Assembly: GCA_027010905.1 (NCBI GenBank)
Contig: JALVBA010000369.1
Coordinates: 1 to 46,050, forward strand
From: Marinilabiliaceae bacterium
GTDB lineage: Bacteria; Bacteroidota; Bacteroidia; Bacteroidales; Marinilabiliaceae
Length of the DNA stretch: 46,050 nt
Direction of reading: 5' to 3'
Position 1 is the first letter of the stretch. Each line of letters opens with the position of its first letter. Below are positions 1-9,495 of the stretch, piece after piece. The notes under the pieces were generated by a model. The model made no database searches and was not told the DNA's origin. It saw nothing but the letters and a program-made list of their open reading frames with translations. The translations under genes and the position numbers were made by a program.

Positions 1-155
1 AGGTAGACAAACAAAAAAGCAGCTCCACCATAAACTCCTGTGATGTAGGGAAACTTCCATATATTACCCAAACCAACTGCCGAACCTGCTGCTGCTGCTA
101 CTACTCCAAACTTACTTGAAAAACCATCTCGGGGTGAAGAACCTAATTTTGCCAT
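1..155 (-). CDS. Sodium-dependent transporter, neurotransmitter:sodium symporter (NSS/SNF) family. Only the 5' end is present; the gene runs off the window start.
   Basis: Not in the ORF track because it is truncated. The reverse complement from ATG (155-153) reads [51 protein letters not shown]. This contains the GxGNxW(R/K)FPY TM1 signature of NSS transporters. Confidence 0.7.
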   Translation of the reverse strand, partial: MAKLGSSPRDGFSSKFGVVAAAAGSAVGLGNIWKFPYITGVYGGAAFLFVY

Positions 156-183
156 AAACTAAATGAAATGTTACTCAAATATA

Positions 184-220
184 CAAAAAAGAGGTTCTCT
201 ACAAAATGTAAAGAACCCCT
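184..220 (-). terminator. Putative intrinsic terminator downstream of fbaA
   Basis: The minus strand reads AGGGGTTCTTTACATTTTGTAGAGAACCTCTTTTTTGT. This is an imperfect GGTTCT/AGAACC-based stem followed by a T-run, about 25 nt after the fbaA stop. Confidence 0.5.
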
Positions 221-243
221 AAATGATAACTAACTGCAATTAA

Positions 244-1320
244 TTACAGTCTGTCGATACAATTAAGGTCTTCAAAAGCTCTTTTCAATCTATTAACAAC
301 TGAAATTTCACCTTCACGTAACCATTTTCTTGGATCGTAATATTTCTTGTTTGGCTTGTCATCTCCATCAGGGTTTCCAATTTGAGCCTGAAGATAATCG
401 TGGTTTTTCGCTTCGAAAGTGCGAACGCCATCCCAAAATGCCCACTGAGTATCGGTATCGATATTCATCTTAATTACACCATAACTGATAGCCTCGCGAA
501 TCTCCTCAAGAGTAGATCCTGAGCCACCATGAAATACAAAGTTTACAGGTTTTGAACCTGTTTTAAGTTTTTCCTCAATATAATCTTGAGAAGCACCAAG
601 GATTGAAGGTTTAAGCACAACATTACCCGGCTTGTAAACACCATGAACATTACCAAAAGAGGCGGCAATAGTAAAGTTTGGAGACACTTTCATCAGCTCT
701 TCATAGGCATAAGCAACCTCTTCGGGCTGTGTGTATAACAGGGCGTTGTCAACATCAGAATTATCAACGCCATCTTCCTCACCACCGGTAATACCCAGTT
801 CAATCTCAAGAGTCATTCCAATTTTTGACATACGCTCAAGGTATGTTTTACAGATAGCAATATTCTCTTCGAGTGGCTCTTCTGAGAGGTCTAACATGTG
901 AGAGCTGAAAAGAGGTTTTCCGGTCTCTTCGAAATGCTTTTCACCGGCATCCAATAACGCATCAATCCAAGGCAATAATTTTTTAGCAGCATGGTCGGTA
1001 TGTGTGACAGCTACAATACCATACTTCTCAGCTAACAAGTGAACATGCTTAGCAGCAGAGATAGCTCCCAAAGCAGCAGCTTCATTAGCTTCCAATCCAA
1101 TACCTTTACCTGCATAAAATCCACCACCCCCATGCGAAAGCTGAATCATAATTGGAGAGTTAACAACCCTAGCAGCTTCCATAACAGCATTTACTGTATC
1201 TGTTCCGGTAACATTAACGGCCGGCATAGCATAACCCTGCTCTTTTGCCAATTGTAATAATTTAGTAAGGTCATCACCGGTAGCAACACCGGGTTTTAAT
1301 ACATCAAGTACACGTTTCAT
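244..1320 (-). CDS. fbaA: Fructose-bisphosphate aldolase, class II
   Basis: The translation is a long-type class II FBP aldolase (MPAVNV, SHGGG, FVFHGGSGS, E. coli FbaA-like length). I trimmed the start to MKRVLDVLKPGV (ATG at 1320). The 12 extra codons in the track ORF lie in AT-rich upstream DNA. Confidence 0.9.
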   Translation of the reverse strand: MKRVLDVLKPGVATGDDLTKLLQLAKEQGYAMPAVNVTGTDTVNAVMEAARVVNSPIMIQLSHGGGGFYAGKGIGLEANEAAALGAISAAKHVHLLAEKYGIVAVTHTDHAAKKLLPWIDALLDAGEKHFEETGKPLFSSHMLDLSEEPLEENIAICKTYLERMSKIGMTLEIELGITGGEEDGVDNSDVDNALLYTQPEEVAYAYEELMKVSPNFTIAASFGNVHGVYKPGNVVLKPSILGASQDYIEEKLKTGSKPVNFVFHGGSGSTLEEIREAISYGVIKMNIDTDTQWAFWDGVRTFEAKNHDYLQAQIGNPDGDDKPNKKYYDPRKWLREGEISVVNRLKRAFEDLNCIDRL

Positions 1321-1445
1321 ATTATAAAATTTAGTATTTTCCAAATTGAAATACAAAATTACAAATTAGATTCCAAATTGACATTATTTAATCTGAAAAG
1401 TTGCAATCTGTTATCATTTATTAACAGTATTTCCGAAATTCAAAA

Positions 1446-3767
1446 TCAGAACGGATATCCAATGGCAAAGTTAAACCCAAAATCGTTCCAATTGGCTTTT
1501 CTTCTTCCCAGCACCCACCTCTGGCCAAGTGGCATTGACGGGTCACTGGCCTTAACGCCCATATCAAAACGAAAAACAAAATAGCTAAAATCGAAGCGCA
1601 GACCTGTTCCCAAACCAACAGCAATCTGTTTGTAGAAAGTGTCAAATTTGAATAATCCACCAACAGGACTACTAGCCTCTCTTATCGCCCAAATATTTCC
1701 CATGTCAACAAAGAGTGCACCTTCAAGTATCCAGAACATCTTAAACCGGTACTCAGCATTTAGCTCCAGCTTAACATCTGCTGTTTGGTTGTAGTACTCC
1801 AACTCGTACTCTTTAAACTCACCCGGCCCCAGACCTCGTACCGGCCAGGCTCTGATACTGTTTGCCCCTCCCGAGAAGTACATCTTTTCAAATGGTAATA
1901 CATTCAGGTTTCCATAAGGATACCCCAAACCCATAAAAAATCTATATGCCAATGAGCTGACTCGACCTGCTGTATGATGATACCTTATGTCAAAATCTGT
2001 TTTTACATATTGAGCATACCTAATTCCCATAAACTTGTTGTACCCGTCGTCGGGAGTTCCAGAATTAAACAACTTTACAAAACTATCCAGCAGATTACCC
2101 GATGCTTCAAAATAAGATCTGAGAAACCAGAAATTTCTGATATTACCTGCCTTCTGACCATTGAACTGAAATGTATAACTTGAGTTTAAAATAAGGTGAT
2201 CTTCGTAGCTGTACCTCATATATGTATCCTTGATATAGTCCCAGAATTCCTGTGAAATAACCGGAACAAAAACGAGGCTAAAATCCATTATTGTAAATAT
2301 GTGAGAGATTTTTTCGGTTGACCTCCACTCATAGCTCAATTTTGAGTTAGCTATTGTACGAGTGTAATCGGGGCGTCTCTGATAGTTTGTACCAATCGAG
2401 ATTAATGATCGCGGATTGTACTTTATTCTAAAACCCTGCATCTTAAATGGTACTAAGAACTTAGGAAATGTTAGCCCGACATCGAACCCAACCTCCAGAA
2501 TATTAAAACTATTTTTCTCTCCTCTCGATTGCTGATTCTGGTATGCTAAACGAAATCTGGTATTAAATATCTCCGCCCCCTTGAGCAGGTTTTTATGCTG
2601 ATACTTAATATTTGTTGCCGCCCCAAGATTACCCGAGGAGTTTGTCCCCTCAACCTCTAAAGCATACGACTGTGGCTTTGATGGTGTAAGCTGAATATGG
2701 CAGTTGAGCCATCTGTTTCCGTCCTTGTCAGCCTTAGCGTCATAAAGCTCCCCAAACTTAATATTAATATATCTGAAAAGTTTTAACTGTGTAATTAAGG
2801 TCTGTGTTTTTGATACCTTATCGATATCGTACAGTTGCCCCGGCACTAGACAGGTTGAGTTGACCAATACGTTAGGCTTAAACTTCATCTCTCCCCTATA
2901 AAGAAAGTAGGCTCCATGATAATATAGTGTATCGTATTTAATCTTGTCTCCAACCTCTTTCGTCAATACTTCCTGCGGATCAAAATCGACATAGAAATAG
3001 ACATCCTTAATGCGATATTTTGTGTGATCCTCTGTTGTGTCCCTTCCTTCGGGCAAATGGTTCAATACCCCTGCAATAACAAGTGTATCGATAACTATAT
3101 TTTTGCCATGCAAACTATCAACCAAATAATATATGTACTCCTTCGAGAAGTTATAATAGCCCTTTCTATTTAACAATTCAGTAATACGGTCGCGCTCCCT
3201 ATCAAACAAACCTACGTCAAATGGTTTTACCCCCCTAAGAAGAGAGTTGATAGAGTCGGTGTAGATGATTTTGCGGATTGAATCATCCACAATTTTATAA
3301 CCTAGGTGATGACTGTAAGATCGTTCGCCCGCCGAAATAATATACTGAACTTTAACCTTCCTCTTCTTCTCGTTCACATAAACAGTGTCGGTAACTTTAG
3401 CATTATAATAGCCCTTGTTTTTAAGAAGAAGCTGCAACTGCTTATGCGACTTCTTTCTCAAATAATCATCATACTCAACCGGGGTCTCACCAATACGCCA
3501 TAGCCATTTGTTAAACCCATTCTCCTTATCTCTTCCTGCCAGATTATAGAGCCCGAGATGAAAATGCCAAAATCCGAGAATACGTTTATTCTCCCTTGGA
3601 CGCACGTATGATTTCAACTCTTCTTTTGATACAGAGTGAGCATCGTGTACAACTATATTTTTTTGTAAAAGATATCTATCCTCAGGAACAAATTTTACAG
3701 GACTACACCCCCACAACAATCCCCAAAGCAAAAAAAGTATTATATGGGTAAATTGTTTCTGTTTCAT
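1446..3767 (-). CDS. Omp85-family outer membrane protein (TamA/BamA-like, surface antigen D15 barrel)
   Basis: I trimmed the start to MKQKQFTHIILFLLWGLLWGC (signal or lipoprotein-like). A long N-terminal region precedes a C-terminal beta-barrel with alternating hydrophobic strands, ending in FNFAIGYPF (terminal aromatic residue). Confidence 0.8.
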   Translation of the reverse strand: MKQKQFTHIILFLLWGLLWGCSPVKFVPEDRYLLQKNIVVHDAHSVSKEELKSYVRPRENKRILGFWHFHLGLYNLAGRDKENGFNKWLWRIGETPVEYDDYLRKKSHKQLQLLLKNKGYYNAKVTDTVYVNEKKRKVKVQYIISAGERSYSHHLGYKIVDDSIRKIIYTDSINSLLRGVKPFDVGLFDRERDRITELLNRKGYYNFSKEYIYYLVDSLHGKNIVIDTLVIAGVLNHLPEGRDTTEDHTKYRIKDVYFYVDFDPQEVLTKEVGDKIKYDTLYYHGAYFLYRGEMKFKPNVLVNSTCLVPGQLYDIDKVSKTQTLITQLKLFRYINIKFGELYDAKADKDGNRWLNCHIQLTPSKPQSYALEVEGTNSSGNLGAATNIKYQHKNLLKGAEIFNTRFRLAYQNQQSRGEKNSFNILEVGFDVGLTFPKFLVPFKMQGFRIKYNPRSLISIGTNYQRRPDYTRTIANSKLSYEWRSTEKISHIFTIMDFSLVFVPVISQEFWDYIKDTYMRYSYEDHLILNSSYTFQFNGQKAGNIRNFWFLRSYFEASGNLLDSFVKLFNSGTPDDGYNKFMGIRYAQYVKTDFDIRYHHTAGRVSSLAYRFFMGLGYPYGNLNVLPFEKMYFSGGANSIRAWPVRGLGPGEFKEYELEYYNQTADVKLELNAEYRFKMFWILEGALFVDMGNIWAIREASSPVGGLFKFDTFYKQIAVGLGTGLRFDFSYFVFRFDMGVKASDPSMPLGQRWVLGRRKANWNDFGFNFAIGYPF

Positions 3768-3905
3768 TTTTAAACTTGCAGGTATTTCAGATAAAAAACT
3801 CTTTTTAAGTATTTTTCTGTACAAAGATATCCAAATTGATGAAATTGATATAAATTGGCTAAATATTATTTTATGGTATTAAAAAATTTAAAATGACACT
3901 CTATC

Positions 3906-3938
3906 TTTGTGTTTTTGTAACTTCTTCGTGTAACTTTG
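3906..3938 (+). promoter_or_regulatory. Candidate Bacteroidota sigma-A promoter for the TrmH-family gene
   Basis: TTTG at 3906-3909 and TAacTTTG at 3931-3938 are separated by 21 nt, matching the -33 TTTG / -7 TAnnTTTG architecture. A second box, TAtcTTTG, lies at 3902-3909. Confidence 0.45.
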
Positions 3939-4008
3939 TGCAATAGTCTATCCATCTTGTTCTGATAAATTAATCAGCTATTACACGAAGTAATATTTAG
4001 TCTATAAA

Positions 4009-4788
4009 TTGAAAAATATGTTGAGCAAAAGTTTAAAAAAACATATTACCTCTCTACACCTCAAGAAATACAGGAAGCAATTTAGTGCTTTTTGTGCTGA
4101 AGGAGACAAACTTAATCACGACCTTATCACCTCCGAAACTCATTGCAAGGAGCTGTTAGCAACTTCGCAATGGTTAGATAAAAACAGAAAACTTCTACCC
4201 AAAGAGACTAAGGTTACCGAAGCTACTGAAATAGAATTGAAAAGTATCAGCAATTTGAAAAGTCCGCCACCAGTAATTGGTATTTATAAAATAGCTGAAC
4301 GACTATTGAATATTAAAGGGTTGACAAACTCTTTGGTAATTGCACTTGACGGAGTTCAGGATCCGGGAAATATGGGTACTATTATTCGTATTGCCGACTG
4401 GTTTGGGATAGACAATATTATCTGTTCGGATGAGAGTGCCGACATATACAACCCAAAGGTGGTGCAGGCTTCAATGGGAGCAATAGCACGTGTAGCAGTG
4501 CATTACACAAACCTTAATGTATTTATTGAGGAGTACAAACAAAAAACCAATCTGCCCGTTTACGGCACTTTTCTGGAAGGTGAGAATATCTACAACCAAA
4601 GCTTAGCAGAAAGCGGAATGGTAGTTATGGGTAGTGAAGGTAATGGTATCAGCCTTGAAATTGAAAAGTTAATCTCTGATAAGTTGTTCATTCCCAATTT
4701 CCCTCCCAAAGTACCAACCTCAGAGTCTCTTAACGTTTCAGTAGCTACAGCTATTGTTTGCTCTGAGTTTAGACGGAGGGGGATTTAA
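4009..4788 (+). CDS. TrmH/SpoU-family RNA 2'-O-methyltransferase
   Basis: SpoU methylase motifs are present (GVQDPGNMGTIIR, VVMGSEGNGIS, SLNVSVATAI), preceded by an N-terminal substrate-binding-like domain. The start could be ATG 4018 instead. Confidence 0.8.
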   Translation: MKNMLSKSLKKHITSLHLKKYRKQFSAFCAEGDKLNHDLITSETHCKELLATSQWLDKNRKLLPKETKVTEATEIELKSISNLKSPPPVIGIYKIAERLLNIKGLTNSLVIALDGVQDPGNMGTIIRIADWFGIDNIICSDESADIYNPKVVQASMGAIARVAVHYTNLNVFIEEYKQKTNLPVYGTFLEGENIYNQSLAESGMVVMGSEGNGISLEIEKLISDKLFIPNFPPKVPTSESLNVSVATAIVCSEFRRRGI

Positions 4789-4916
4789 CAGTTCGGAGTT
4801 CGGAGTTACTTGTTTCGGGTTTTGGGTTTTTTCTGTTACCGTTTAAAAGTCCTCCTATTGTCGGACTGTTTAAAGGTGTTTCTCCTTAAATTGGCGGTAG
4901 TACCGGATAATCAGCC

Positions 4917-4948
4917 TAACCCTATAACCCTGTAACCCTACTAACCCT
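4917..4948. repeat. Micro-tandem repeat (TAACCCT)x4 with 1-2 nt spacers; GGGTTA on the minus strand
   Basis: Copies lie at 4917-4923, 4925-4931, 4933-4939 and 4942-4948. The array straddles the stop codon (4922-4924) of the FAD-oxidoreductase gene and encodes its last residues (GLRVSRVTGL). Confidence 0.9.
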
Positions 4949-6511
4949 TAAGCCATATAACCAATGATTTACCTTATCGGCACACCTCTCCCCATCGATA
5001 GCTGAGGATGCTATACCGCCGGCATAACCGGCTCCTTCACCGCAAGGGAATAGTCCTTTTATCTGAACATGCTGCAGCGACTCTCTGTCGCGAGGGATTC
5101 TTACGGGCGATGATGTACGGCTCTCTACTCCTACAACCACAGCCTCATTGGTAACAAACCCTCGTATTTTTCGGTCAAACAGATCAAATGCTTTTCGTAG
5201 TCTTAATCCAATCTCATCGGGAAGCCAAAAATGGATAGGTGATGAGATAACTCCTGGAACGTAGGAGCATTCGGGCAGGTCGAACGACAGCCTACCGTCA
5301 ACAAAATCGGCTAGTCGTTGTGCAGGAGCGGAATAACTGCTGCCACTATTTATGTGAGCCAGACGCTCTAACTCACTCTGATACTCCAGACCTGCCAATG
5401 ATCTTTTATCGCTGTATCGTTCAAAATCTTCAGGTTTAACCTCAACAACAATTCCCGAATTGGCAAAAGGGGAATTACGCTTTGATGGCGACATTCCGTT
5501 AACAACAACCTCCTGCTCCTCGGTCATTGAGGGAACAATTATACCCCCCGGACACATGCAGAAAGAGTATGCCCCTCTCCCATCAACCTGAGCTGACAAA
5601 TTATACGATGCTGCCGGCAGATATTCGCCCCTACCTTCTTTTGAATGATACTGCATCTCATCAATCATCTCCTGCGGGTGCTCTACACGCACACCCATAG
5701 CCCACGATTTAGCCTCAAGATGTATCTCCGCAGCATGCAAAAAACGATATACATCTCTTGCCGAATGACCTGTAGCAAGAATTACTGCCCTACCCTCAAT
5801 TCTGTCACCGGCAGTTGTTACCACACCTTTAACTTCATCTCCCTCAACAATCAGATTATTAACACGAGTATTGAACTTCACTACCCCACCGGCACTGATT
5901 ATCGATTCACGCATATTTTTAATTACACCGGGTAACCTGTCGGAGCCAATATGAGGATGTGAGTCGATCAGAATATCATACTGAGCACCATGATGGTGAA
6001 AAACTTCAACTACTTTTCTAAAATCACCGCGTTTTGTGCTGCGGGTATAAAGTTTACCATCGGAAAATGCACCTGCTCCCCCCTCACCAAAAGCGTAGTT
6101 CGATTCAGTATTCAATTTTTCATTCCTGTTCAGGAGTGCCAAATCGCGCTTTCGCTCAGTAACAGATTTTCCTCGTTCAATAACCACAGGCCTAAGTCCG
6201 AGTTCAATCAGTCTCAACGCTGCAAACAGTCCTCCGGGGCCAGCTCCAACAACAACTACTTCAGGTGAGTTTGAAACATCTTTATATTCAAAACAAGTTG
6301 AAATAAATTCGGAAGACTCCTCGTTAACATAGACATCGAGGTAGAGCTGCACCTTTACGGGTCGTTTACGTGCATCAACGGAGCGTTTTACAATATGTAT
6401 TGTTGTTATCTCATCCTGAGATATATTTAGCTCATCTGCAACTAACTGTTTGTAAAATTGTTCATCCGATGCCTCACGAGGCGATAATCGTAGAAGAAGT
6501 TCTTTTTTCAT
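4922..6511 (-). CDS. FAD-dependent oxidoreductase (COG2509-like uncharacterised dehydrogenase)
   Basis: 529 aa. A dinucleotide-binding GxGxxG (VVVGAGPGGLFAA) lies about 85 aa from the N-terminus, and the C-terminal half contains GEGAGYAGGI. This architecture is typical of that family. Confidence 0.75.
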   Translation of the reverse strand: MKKELLLRLSPREASDEQFYKQLVADELNISQDEITTIHIVKRSVDARKRPVKVQLYLDVYVNEESSEFISTCFEYKDVSNSPEVVVVGAGPGGLFAALRLIELGLRPVVIERGKSVTERKRDLALLNRNEKLNTESNYAFGEGGAGAFSDGKLYTRSTKRGDFRKVVEVFHHHGAQYDILIDSHPHIGSDRLPGVIKNMRESIISAGGVVKFNTRVNNLIVEGDEVKGVVTTAGDRIEGRAVILATGHSARDVYRFLHAAEIHLEAKSWAMGVRVEHPQEMIDEMQYHSKEGRGEYLPAASYNLSAQVDGRGAYSFCMCPGGIIVPSMTEEQEVVVNGMSPSKRNSPFANSGIVVEVKPEDFERYSDKRSLAGLEYQSELERLAHINSGSSYSAPAQRLADFVDGRLSFDLPECSYVPGVISSPIHFWLPDEIGLRLRKAFDLFDRKIRGFVTNEAVVVGVESRTSSPVRIPRDRESLQHVQIKGLFPCGEGAGYAGGIASSAIDGERCADKVNHWLYGLRVSRVTGL

Positions 6512-6544
6512 AAATTCAGCTTTCGGCCTCTAAACTGTTAGTTT

Positions 6545-7282
6545 CTACTCAAAGTAGAATGTGAGTACAAAGATACGCGACTTAAGACCATTCAGTGCCT
6601 GAGTATAAATCTCATCTCCCGGCTCCCCTGTTCCGGCAGGATTTAAAATATTAAACATTCCTATTGAGGCCTTCAGCTCAATTGAGAGTCGAAAATATGT
6701 CATGTAAAAATCGAATCCGGCACCGGCTTCTCCGTATAGGTCGAGAGAGCGCAGCAGCAGGTGATCCTGTTTGTTCTTGGCAAGGTCATACTTCATATTT
6801 GCACCGGCAATCATAAATGGTTTAACGTTGTGCATCCTGCTCCCACTAAATTTCACCAAAAACGGAAACTCCAGAAAGGTAGATTTTATCTTTAATGGAC
6901 TTGCCTCCATAAATGAACCATTCTGATCCATATAGTAGAGATCCCTCTGACCAAAGCTTATTCCGGGAAGAAACCGCAGGTTAAAATGTTTATTAAGACG
7001 AAGACTTGTAACGATACCAATATTTAATCCAGGTATCAGATGTAAAACCTCACTATAGTAGGTATTTCCATCGTCGGTCTGCAAACCGCTATTATAAACC
7101 CTGAAGTCCATTGTGTTAAAACCTATCAGAAAGCCAAAGTGAAGTCTCTTCTCATCGAAAGCCGGCAAGTTGGGTGCTCCTTTCTTACCCTCCTGGGCAT
7201 AGACCATAGATACAAACAGGAAACACGAAAATATAAGTATTATTCTTTTCAATTGATTGTTATTACGCTTTTCACTTACCAT
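6545..7282 (-). CDS. Small outer-membrane beta-barrel protein, PorT/SprT-like
   Basis: It has a signal peptide (IILIFSCFLFVSMVYAQ) and amphipathic beta-strand periodicity, and it ends in LTFYFE. At about 245 aa and directly downstream of ubiE, it recalls porT loci. The family assignment is from recollection, not from a search. Confidence 0.55.
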   Translation of the reverse strand: MVSEKRNNNQLKRIILIFSCFLFVSMVYAQEGKKGAPNLPAFDEKRLHFGFLIGFNTMDFRVYNSGLQTDDGNTYYSEVLHLIPGLNIGIVTSLRLNKHFNLRFLPGISFGQRDLYYMDQNGSFMEASPLKIKSTFLEFPFLVKFSGSRMHNVKPFMIAGANMKYDLAKNKQDHLLLRSLDLYGEAGAGFDFYMTYFRLSIELKASIGMFNILNPAGTGEPGDEIYTQALNGLKSRIFVLTFYFE

Positions 7283-7303
7283 AAAAACTAAAATTCTCTC
7301 TTT

Positions 7304-8035
7304 TTATTGCATATCTTTTTCGGCAGCATAAATGGTAGCAATACCAAAGGTCTGTTTCTTTCTTACAATGGGATTTAGCCCGGCAGCAACCAACTCCTTA
7401 TCAAAGGTTTCGCCATCGGGGAAATTAAGCACCGATGCAGGAAGATACTCATAAGCTGCTTTATCTTTTGATATGAGACCGCCAAAAAACGGCAACATCC
7501 GTTTGAAGTAGAAAAAGTACAACTGCTTAAATGGGAAAGACGACGGACGCGAAAACTCCAGAACAACCATCCTACCTCCCGGTTTAAGTACTCTGGTCAT
7601 CTCTGTAAGACCCTTGTTCAGGTTTTCAAAGTTACGTACCCCAAAAGCAACCATCACAGCATCAAATGAGTTATCGTCAAAGGGAAGGTTCTCAGAATCG
7701 CCCTCAACCACACTAACAAACTCTTCCACACCTCTCTCTTTTATTTTCCTCTCGGCAACCTCAAGCATTCCTGTGGAGATATCGACTCCGGTAACTTTAC
7801 AACCGAGCCGTTTGTGTGCCAATAGTGCAAGGTCTCCTGTACCGGTAGCTACATCAAGAATGTTAGGCTTCTGAATATGACCAAGAAGTTTAATCACTCT
7901 TTTTCGCCAAATCTTATCAATTCCCAACGACAAAAAATGATTAAGAAAATCGTACTTGCCAGCAATATTGTTGAACATTCGTGCAACCTGCTGTTTCTTT
8001 GAACTATCAGTTGCTTTATATGGTTTTACTGTCAT
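7304..8035 (-). CDS. ubiE: Demethylmenaquinone/ubiquinone C-methyltransferase
   Basis: UbiE/MenG conserved N-terminus (MFNNIAGKYDFLNHFLSLGIDKIWR) and SAM-binding motif (ILDVATGTGDLA). Confidence 0.9.
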   Translation of the reverse strand: MTVKPYKATDSSKKQQVARMFNNIAGKYDFLNHFLSLGIDKIWRKRVIKLLGHIQKPNILDVATGTGDLALLAHKRLGCKVTGVDISTGMLEVAERKIKERGVEEFVSVVEGDSENLPFDDNSFDAVMVAFGVRNFENLNKGLTEMTRVLKPGGRMVVLEFSRPSSFPFKQLYFFYFKRMLPFFGGLISKDKAAYEYLPASVLNFPDGETFDKELVAAGLNPIVRKKQTFGIATIYAAEKDMQ

Positions 8036-8154
8036 ATCCTATTTTTCAAATTCCCACAAAGATATAAAAACTACAAATGGAAAATATTTCATCTGCAGAT
8101 TTTTCAATTCTAAAGTTTTTGCTATCTTTAGAAAATAGACTTAACTAAACTGTT

Positions 8155-9090
8155 ATGAAACAAATTAATCTATTACTCGTTGCCATACTCTTATTCTCTT
8201 TTGATTGGAGTTGTACCTCAAAAAAATCGAAGAAAACCGGTGTTGACGTAAAAGGTGAGAAATTCCCTCCAGAACTGGTAAATTTTACACCCCACGAAAA
8301 CAATCCTGTTTTTAATGGTACCGACACAACAACATGGGACAGACTTATACGCGAACGCGGCTATATACTTAAAGAAGACGGGATTTATAAATTGTGGTAC
8401 TCGGGCTACAACCCCGATACTACCGACGAAGTACATCTCGGTTATGCAACATCGGAAGACGGAATTCATTGGAAACGGTATCCAGAAAATCCTATTTACA
8501 AAGACTATTGGGTTGAGGATATGTGCGTTGTTCATCATAAAAATAAATACTACTTGTTTGCCGAAGGATTAAACGACATTGCTCATTTAATGGTTTCCGA
8601 CGATGGAATTAGCTGGCAGCGTGTCGGCGATTTGGACATCAGGAAAAAGAATGGCGAGCCGATTTCTGAAGGCCAGTACGGAACACCGACCGCCTGGGTT
8701 GAAAATAATGAGTGGTATCTATTTTACGAACGTGGCGATAAGGCAATTTGGCTGGCCACTTCAACCGATATGAAAGTTTGGACAAATGTTCAGGACGAGC
8801 CGGTAATAGAGTGCGACTCTACTTACGACAAAGGTGCTGTTGCAATGGATCAGGTTATTAAATACAAAGGAAGATATTACGCGTACTACCACGCCACAGC
8901 AACCAATCCGTGGTCGGTGTGGTCGTCGAATGTGGCCACATCGGAAGACTTATTTCACTGGGAGAAATACGAAAACAATCCGATTGTAAAACCAAACCGG
9001 TCGAGTCCTATTATTCTTGTCGACGGCGATAAAACAAGGCTTTATACAATGCATCACCCGGGCGTTTGCGTCTACTTTCCCAAAAAATAA
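8155..9090 (+). CDS. Lipoprotein with a five-bladed beta-propeller glycosidase-like fold (GH43/GH32/GH130-like)
   Basis: Lipoprotein signal (LLFSFDWSC). Repeated blade motifs are present: GYATSEDGIHWKRYPENPI, VSDDGISWQRV, TSTDMKVWTN and ATSEDLFHWEKYENNPI. The exact family cannot be resolved by eye. Confidence 0.5.
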   Translation: MKQINLLLVAILLFSFDWSCTSKKSKKTGVDVKGEKFPPELVNFTPHENNPVFNGTDTTTWDRLIRERGYILKEDGIYKLWYSGYNPDTTDEVHLGYATSEDGIHWKRYPENPIYKDYWVEDMCVVHHKNKYYLFAEGLNDIAHLMVSDDGISWQRVGDLDIRKKNGEPISEGQYGTPTAWVENNEWYLFYERGDKAIWLATSTDMKVWTNVQDEPVIECDSTYDKGAVAMDQVIKYKGRYYAYYHATATNPWSVWSSNVATSEDLFHWEKYENNPIVKPNRSSPIILVDGDKTRLYTMHHPGVCVYFPKK

Positions 9091-9495
9091 TAAACGCTAA
9101 TTTTTGCAAAAGCAGATTATTATACTCAACCCAAATTTGTGTTTCGATGTGCCTCGAAACGAACAGTTCTGTGGATTGAGCAGGTAATTTTTATGGTTTA
9201 AACTCAGTTCTTTTACGCTTTTTTTCATAGCGTTACTGTTGTAAAACATACTTTTTAAACGTATTATTTTAGTAATCCCTTTAAACCTCATCCAACAAGT
9301 GAGACAGAATAATTGTAAAAGTTCTTTATCATAGCGGTGATTATCATAAAGCGATTGTTTTCGTTTATGTTGAAATGATAATTTATTAACGAGATTTCTG
9401 CAAACAGATATATTTTTGTCTTTAAATTTTGCACATTCATTTTTTTATCAACAATTTAGTTGCGGATATAAGATTAAATAAAAAACAATAAACAG

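Noticed and set aside
1321-1356. N-terminally extended starts in the ORF track (fbaA 1356, Omp85 3824, rpsH 36246, secY 38783)
   Set aside because: The extensions add non-conserved residues or overlap the upstream gene. Conserved family N-termini begin at ATG 1320, 3767, 36285 and 38822 respectively.
9097-9291. 64-aa ORF on the minus strand in the sulfatase upstream region
   Set aside because: It has a low-complexity, AT-driven composition, no recognisable motif, and no promoter or terminator context. It is treated as a chance ORF.
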